From assembly GCA_003427395.1 (NCBI GenBank), contig BFEA01000018.1:5663510-5706159 (forward strand): a DNA stretch of 42,650 nt. The letters run 5' to 3'. A model generated the notes under the pieces. It did not search any database, was not told where the DNA came from, and saw only the letters and a program-made list of their open reading frames with translations. Both the position numbers and the translations under genes were made by a program. How positions within the stretch are numbered: the stretch's first letter is position 1; each line of letters opens with the position of its first letter. The DNA comes from Chara braunii. Its lineage: Eukaryota > Plantae > Charophyceae. Positions 35,901 through 42,650 of the stretch are shown here, in pieces.

Positions 35901-38900
35901 CCTTCAGCAAAAAACGACAAAAATAGTCTTGAGCTTCGCCAAACTTATTTCAATCTTGTCTCGTAAGGACAAGTTATCGAGGAAAATTTCTCAGTTCTTA
36001 GTCCCACTCATTGTTTTGAAAGGAAGCTCGGGAACATAAATTCTCACAGCACAGGGTAAGGACGCCTCAATAATGCTGCCATCCATCTCTGTGCAATCAC
36101 AAGCGTCGAATTCTCTGGCAGTGGATCTGACAAAAATCAGGTTCTCAAAACTGCAGGTAAAGCGTCGGGCTTCCTGCAATTCAAGATGGGCCGCCACACA
36201 ATACTGGCAAATGCCAGCTATATGATCCTGTTACACTTGGTCATCCTGAAGCTCGGTGATTGGACAAGACGGATTGGCTCAGAGAACACTTACCCGCTAC
36301 AATGGACAGGATTGTCCCCGTTGCTATCTACCTCCTCCTCAGAGTTAGCTAAGGCCAGAATTGAGTCGGATATCCCGACAGGTCACATTGTAGAATGGAT
36401 AGCCCAGTCCTCAGATCTAGGAGTCACTGGCCACAGATCATTTTTTGAACCAACTCTTGACATGGGATATACAACAAAATCCCTCTTCTTTAGACCGCAT
36501 CCATGACATGAGTGGCTGAGACCACAAAAATGGTCTTGCCGAACATGATTAAAAACGTAAGTTGGAACTTACAAGGGTTAGGGGATACCTCCAACCTCAC
36601 CAGACGACCCAAATTTTGTACATGGGTGCACAAAGATAATCCACATTTCGTATGCGTTCAAGAAACTAAATTAAATGAGGAAAAAATTACTAACAGGTTG
36701 GCTTGGTGGTCGGACCCACAGTATTGGGCCCCAGCAGAAGGCTCCAAGGGTGGGGTGGCCATCCTTTAAGTTATCCACAAGGACCTTGAAGTTGAGGCCC
36801 TAGACACATACAAGGACCCCAATGGTAGATGGATCTGGGTGAAACTGGCTGTGGGCGAGGAAGATTGGGCAGTAATGTCGATGTATGCCCCAAAGGACTA
36901 TGCTGATAGAACCAAAATTTTCGCCTCCTTGTCAGCGTTCCTTCCAGAAGTAGAGAACCTTATCATTGCAGGTGATTGGAACTCTACCCTCGACCCCGAC
37001 ATGGACTCCCCCCACCCTACCCCCGTCCGTCATGGCGCCCTGATGCTTTCTTTTTTTATGGGAGGCCCAATGTCGTGCAGATGTCTTCAGAGTGCTGAAC
37101 CCTAAGACCCCAGGCCACACATGGTATGGACCCAAACCGTCGCCCACGACAATTTAGCCTAGTCGAAGGTTATACTTTATTCTTGCAAGAGGGGTAGTCT
37201 GGGATCGACTGTCTGGGTGTGACTTACTCCATCAAACACTATCAGACCACTATCCGATATGCATGGAGATACTGACTAAGAGCAACTTTATAAAGTTCGT
37301 CCTACGTTCGGATTGAATACAAACATGCTTAAATACGAGGGTATCCTGGCCTGGGTTAAAAACCAAATGGCCAAATGGGTTGATGCCAAGGACCTTTTCC
37401 GTCACAAACACAAGTAGGCGGAAACGAGGCTGGGTATCATCACATTAGCTGTAAAGGTGTTTTCAATAATAAAAACCGCCAACAAAACATGGGCCGAGAT
37501 ATGCGCCCGCTGAGCAATAATCGAGGCAGAAAACAACTTGGGTAAAGACCCCTTCTCAGACCACTACTGGTCGAAGAAACGAATGGAGAGTGTAACTCAA
37601 CTGGAATAATAAAAATTAAGAAGCAAGAAGATTGGATTCAATGGCTAAGGATCAAAGGATTGGTCGGCTATGATAGAATGACAAAAAACACCTTTAGGTC
37701 ACTCATCCTATGTTAAACCAAGTCTGTATTACGAGAGTTATCCCACCCCTTCAATCCTCACTTACCTCAGGCGTTGAACACGGAAGACATGTGCAAGTAT
37801 GCCATGGATTACTTTATGGAGATTATATCCACCAGGAGACCACTAGATTCGTACGTAATAGACCTCTCAGCTATCCCGGACTTTTGGGACGGCATCCCGA
37901 GCTCTATCTCACATGCCACAAGAGACTGCTTAGATGCGTCATTCTTAGCAGTAGAATTGCACCAGGCGGCAAAAAAAATGGATACAGGCAAATGCCCTGG
38001 GTCAGATGGTCTGCCTATTGAACTGTTCTTAAGTGCATGGGAGGCTTTCGCCCCTTTCCTCCGCCAAATCTTTAACAACACTCGTACCTCCGGTGCCTTA
38101 CCAAAAGGATGGTTCAATGGTATTATCTCACTACTCTATAAAAAAATGAGATAAGAAAGACGTGAGGAACTACACGCCCATTTCGGTACTGAATATGGCC
38201 TATAAAATATTAGCTAAAACCCTAGCCATAAGGCTTGTTGATGTCCTACCAGGAATAGTTGGGATAGAATGAGGAACCTTTGTAAAATGACGCTCTATTT
38301 TTGATAACATCTTGTCCACAATGCAGGCTCTGGAGATCCTATCAAAGAAGAAGGTCAACTTGGCTATTCTCCCCCTGGATATGGAGAAAGCTTATGATAA
38401 AGTGGGATGGTCTTTTGTCTTCACCACTCTGACCAAGATGGGATTTGGCCCCGATTTCTGCACATGGGTCAAAGCTATGTACACAGAAGCCTCATCGGTT
38501 GTCATGGTAAATGGTCGTTTGTCCCCCACCTTTCTCCTCACTCACTCACTCAGGCAGGGTTGCCCCCTAGCCCCCCTACTGTTCGTCATACGACTAGAGG
38601 TCCTATTGGCCAACATCAGAAGAAATGACGAAATTAGAGGCCTCAACATCCCTTACTCTATCCATTGGAAAGGGGGTGCGCAAGCGGACGATTTAACAAT
38701 GGCATGTTCACACTCGAACTCATCGTTCATGGCACTAAGACGCATTCTGGACGATTATTGTATTCTGTCAGAAGCATCCATCAATAAAGAGAAATCAGTT
38801 TTTCTTCTCCTGGAGCCATTTAAAATTTGTGTGGATTGAGGCCTAAAGAAGATCACATAGAACAACTCCGATAGATTCCTTGGGGTCCAAGTTTCGCTGT

Positions 38901-39110
38901 TGGACTGCATTGAGACTCAAGATGCAATAATGGTTGACAAAGTAACTGCAAGGATAATGGGATGGGCTCATAACTTTGAACTATCCCTGTTTGGGAGAGC
39001 ACTGGTGATTTCTACGGCGGCGTTCTCAATACTTTGGTTTCATCTCACAGTCCACCGATTGGGGGATGAAGCATACCAAAGGATAAAATATATTGCGGCC
39101 AGCGGAAATT
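32970..39110 (+). mobile_element. E4: diverged L1/Tx1-type LINE, 3'-truncated
   Basis: G-rich plus GCTAA 5' end. ORF1 remnants (IYEEGW; WCKKCRRSFH*DEDENC). Endonuclease SWNLQGL, VQETKL, YAP, GDWN, SDH. RT CPGSDG, LDMEKAYD, LRQGCPLAPLLF, QADD. Ends after LSLFGRALV. Confidence 0.9.
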
Positions 39111-39373
39111 TGCCGCAAAGCAGTGGGGTCCACCTCTAAGTGACATCTTCCCTTGGCAAAAGGTCTGATGCAGTTGTCCTCCCAGAGTGCCTCCCTTTCC
39201 GCCAGCAATCCCGTTGGCCAATGGCGAGGTAGATGCCTCGCCTTCTACGCTACGTCCTCTCTATCCTATCCCTTCGTGCTATAGGGAAAAAGTTTTTCTC
39301 TGTATTATCGCTATGCTCGAGGGACGCGGGAAACCGGGTCCAGCGTCCGTTTCGCATAACGATAAAGCAAAAA

Positions 39374-39488
39374 GGGGGCGGGGTTTTCAACAGGACTTCA
39401 TCGGGCTGCGGTAACAAGCTCGAAACTGCGGGGGGCGGGGTTTTCAACAGGACTCCATCGCGCTGCGGTAACAAGCTCGAAACTGCGC
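39374..39488. repeat. ~57-bp tandem duplication
   Basis: GGGGGCGGGGTTTTCAACAGGACT(T/C)CATCG(G/C)GCTGCGGTAACAAGCTCGAAACTGCG occurs twice. Confidence 0.9.
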
Positions 39489-39632
39489 GCAGGCGAGCCG
39501 CGGGGTGGCGGGTGCCACCGGGCCACGGGAACGTAGAGGGAATCCGTAAGGCGGGGGGGACGCATGCCCAAGTTTGTGGAGAGTTCCGGACGGAAGTGAA
39601 TGTGAGGAGGAGGCGCACGAGCAGGCTGGGAA

Positions 39633-39634
<2 letters not shown>

Positions 39635-39675
<41 letters not shown>

Positions 39676-39827
39676 AGTACGTCAATCGTGTTTTTTTTTT
39701 CAAATTTAACGGGAGGTTTGCGGGTGAAAGTGCCCCCGCTCTCTCTCTCTCTCTCTCTCTCTGAGTACGTCAGTCGTGTTTTTTTTTCCAAATTTAACGT
39801 GAGGTTTGCGGGTGAAAGTGCCCCCCG
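39635..39827. repeat. Tandem duplication of a (CT)n-led unit
   Basis: (CT)n-GAGTACGTCA.TCGTG-T(n)-CAAATTTAACG.GAGGTTTGCGGGTGAAAGTGCCCCC occurs twice. Confidence 0.9.
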
Positions 39828-39900
39828 TGTGTGTCTACATCCATTCGTCATTACTTAATTTCAGAGCGCTGCAGGTACAGTTTTTAATTTTATTTTTTTT

Positions 39901-39920
39901 TGTGCGTGCGTGCGTGCGTG

Positions 39921-39961
<41 letters not shown>
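39901..39961. repeat. (TGCG)n/(TG)n microsatellite
   Basis: Direct reading. Confidence 0.9.
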
Positions 39962-39962
<1 letters not shown>

Positions 39963-40370
39963 GTGCTGTGTGTCCTTCCCCTCTCCGCCCCTCTTCTTCC
40001 ATCCCGCTGCCGCAGCGTAGCTGCGGCGGGCAACCACTTGCTGTTGAGCATCGTCACGATCTGATAGAGTCGGTTTTTGGACAATTCGAAGAGCACATAT
40101 TACTAATTGCCACGGTTGGTCAGCCAGCCACACCCACAAGTATAGGCGTGCGCAGTGTCTAGACTTTGAAGACAGTGTGCTCGTTGCCTTGCATCACGCA
40201 TCTCCGACTTAACCATCCGTTCCACCTGCCATTACTCTAAAAAAATTCTTCAACCCATTCGAACGTCATACAAACGTCATTCAGAAGAGTTCCTCTCTTG
40301 AACCGATCCCTCTCCCCTAGTCATCACTCTCTATCATTATTGTGTGGAACCCACCCTCCCGTCTCTCATC

Positions 40371-40943
40371 ATGACAAAGAGGACAGCTAAGGTTTCAGTT
40401 CGGAACGACACGTCCTCCCCACTCTTCGGCGTTGGAGTGGTTCACAAATACAGTGACAACTACAAAAATTCACACACCTGGAACGTAATCCAGCCCGGCG
40501 GGCGCGGAGAGCCCTTTTTGGAGGTGGAATATAACACAGGAGCCTTCACGACAGGGAGGGACTGGTGGGCTGTCACGTGGATGAGCGGAGACACCAGTAC
40601 ACTTTTTTACACGGACCCGAAGAACTTTCGGTCAATCTTCGACAGCTTGGAGAGTGTCTTGCCAGATGTTGTTTCCGCGGTAGCTGGTGCTGCAGCCGGG
40701 TTAGCCACAGCCGAGACCGGTCCGGGTGCGCTTATAGCAGCTGGTGCCGCCGCCGCCGGCTCCAAGGTCATTTGTAATGCACTCTTCAATTCCGAGGGCA
40801 CCACCGGGTTCAAGCAGCATATCTTGCGCGCTGAAGACGAGAATGCACTTACCGAGATAATTGTGCACGGTAATATGACCGTAACTTTTCGCTCCAACTC
40901 GGGAGTTTCCGAGACGGTCGTATCTTCAAAGCGGGTGAGGTAG
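40371..40943 (+). CDS. 190-aa intronless protein, PUD1/2 ('up-regulated in Daf-2') domain-like
   Basis: Uninterrupted ORF from ATG 40371. Motifs V.N.T, VHKYSD, V.YNTG..TTG.DWW.V.W and FKQHIL...D match my recollection of the PUD1/2 family (not verified by search). Central Ala/Gly-rich hydrophobic segment. Confidence 0.75.
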   Translation: MTKRTAKVSVRNDTSSPLFGVGVVHKYSDNYKNSHTWNVIQPGGRGEPFLEVEYNTGAFTTGRDWWAVTWMSGDTSTLFYTDPKNFRSIFDSLESVLPDVVSAVAGAAAGLATAETGPGALIAAGAAAAGSKVICNALFNSEGTTGFKQHILRAEDENALTEIIVHGNMTVTFRSNSGVSETVVSSKRVR

Positions 40944-41125
40944 AGGAGCAGGTATCGAAAATGACGGACAAATGGGTAAGTCGGCCATCGGAGGGGCATG
41001 CTGCAAAATGAGTGAAAAAAAACAGGGGCATATCCAAAACTATCCCTTTCAAGTAACCAAAAAAAAAAAAAAAACAGGGAACGAAAAGGTTCAAAACTTT
41101 TTGCTCGCTTGTGAGAAGGCCAAAA

Positions 41126-41731
41126 TATTTCAGGATGGTCATATTTTATATCGAGGATGAGAGACTGGGATAATGTTCCTATAATAATAATATAGAGGAA
41201 GATTCTGTTTTTAGTTGTTCTTGAGGGCGGGAGGGTGGTTGATTTAAGGAGGGAAAAAAGGGACAAAAAATAAAAAAGGATTTGGCTGCTAGGTGGGAAG
41301 ATCATATATTCTTCTCTCAACTTCTGTTTCTTTACCTTTCACTACCTACTGCTAAGACTATCTAGAGGGGACCCCTGCAAGCATAGTTTCCTCTCTCTGT
41401 GAAGGGGAGATTTCATGTTGTCCCTTGCCCCTAATGGTTAGGGTATAGGGTTGGGGCCGTGAAGGGTGGGGGACGATGAGAAAGGGAGGCACAGCTACTG
41501 GCAGGTCTCGGAAGATCATATTTCAGGATGGTCGTATTTTGTATCGAGGATGAGAGACTGAGATAATGTTCCTATAATAATAATAATAATAATATTATAG
41601 AGGAAGATTCTGTTTTAGTAATTCTTGAGGGTGGGAGGAAGGTTTATTTAAGGAAGGAAAAAAAAAAAGAAAAAAAGAAAAAAAAAAGAAAAAAAAAAGA
41701 AAAAGAATTTGGCTGCTAGGTGGGAAGATCA
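41126..41731. repeat. Dispersed ~180-210-bp direct repeat pair
   Basis: ATATTTCAGGATGGTC...GCTAGGTGGGAAGATCA at ~41126-41303 and ~41518-41731. Confidence 0.85.
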
Positions 41732-42519
41732 GTCAAGTGCTGAATGAGACTATAATGAGGGCACGTGGGGAGGGAAGGAGGAGATATTTAATGCAGATGG
41801 AAGACCTGTGGTGCGTGATGAACTGAGATCAGTGCTTCACACAAGGAACAGTATTATTGGCATGCACATTTTATGCGGACTGATTGGAAAAAGAGAGGCA
41901 AACAATCCCTAGGATTCCAGTGTTATCAGCTGGCAGGCCTATAGGCTATAGGTAGGTCTGAGAGAGTATTCTATAGATGGCAGGCCGACAGTTAATCCCC
42001 TATAGCAATGGGGCAATCAATGCTGTTCAGGGTCCCTTCAGCCGTACGGAAGGGAGCTTGGGTGTGTTACTGTACTCTGTACATTTTTGACTTGCCGGTG
42101 GAAAAGGAACCGGACTGATGCTCCCCAGACTCCCCAGAGTGGAAAGAGCCAGGACCATAAGGTTCTGTTTGAAAAACAAAAAAAAAAACAAAAAAAAAAT
42201 GCAAACTTGATCTTTTTTTTTTGGGAAAATTTGTCTGGCCGACTCTGGCGCCCCTGTAATTTCCATTATTTTGCGTCGCGCCCCTCCCACGGTCGATTTA
42301 CCCTGTCACGCCCCTCTGACCACGATTAAATTTCCCATAAAACCCCGGTGTCAGTTGGGCCTGAAATATTTTTGTTATGCCCCTACCGGTACCCGGTCCA
42401 AATTTGCAGTATGCCCCTACTGGATTGCTGTTGAGTAGCAGCAAAAAAAAAATCCATATGCCCCAACCGGTAGGGTGCATCTTTTCAGCACATCTCTATG
42501 GCTAAGCGTATGGCAGCCA

Positions 42520-42525
42520 CTTCAT

Positions 42526-42576
<51 letters not shown>

Positions 42577-42611
42577 CACACACACACACACACACGCATG
42601 GCGGCCTCTTC

Positions 42612-42650
<39 letters not shown>
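42520..42650. repeat. (CT)n/(CA)n microsatellites
   Basis: Direct reading. Confidence 0.9.

Overview
Eukaryotic, transposon-saturated genomic DNA with scaffold gaps and microsatellites. The LINE architecture and repeat content suggest a streptophyte alga such as Chara; this is inference only. Four related but diverged non-LTR retrotransposons of the L1/Tx1 type dominate the window. E1 (~2802-10993, minus) and E2 (~12118-20506, minus) are full-length, with poly(A) tails and target-site duplications. E3 (~27290-32470, plus) and E4 (~32970-39110, plus) are older and decayed. All four carry stops or frameshifts. Between and inside them lie MITEs of several kinds, tRNA-derived SINE heads and one intact intronless gene resembling the PUD1/2 ('up-regulated in Daf-2') family (40371-40943). 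The most notable signals are these. (1) An intact type III hammerhead ribozyme fold at 58-117 has a degenerate paralogue at 2700-2759, and E1 inserted into the paralogue's tail. (2) A 62-nt, length-invariant, covarying RNA structure sits at the 3' end of three diverged LINEs. (3) A second conserved pseudoknot follows the ORF2 stop in E1 and E2. (4) A conserved ORF1 C-terminal domain reads like a degenerate Nudix fold. (5) The ORF1-stop/ORF2-start overlap ATGnnTAA is conserved.
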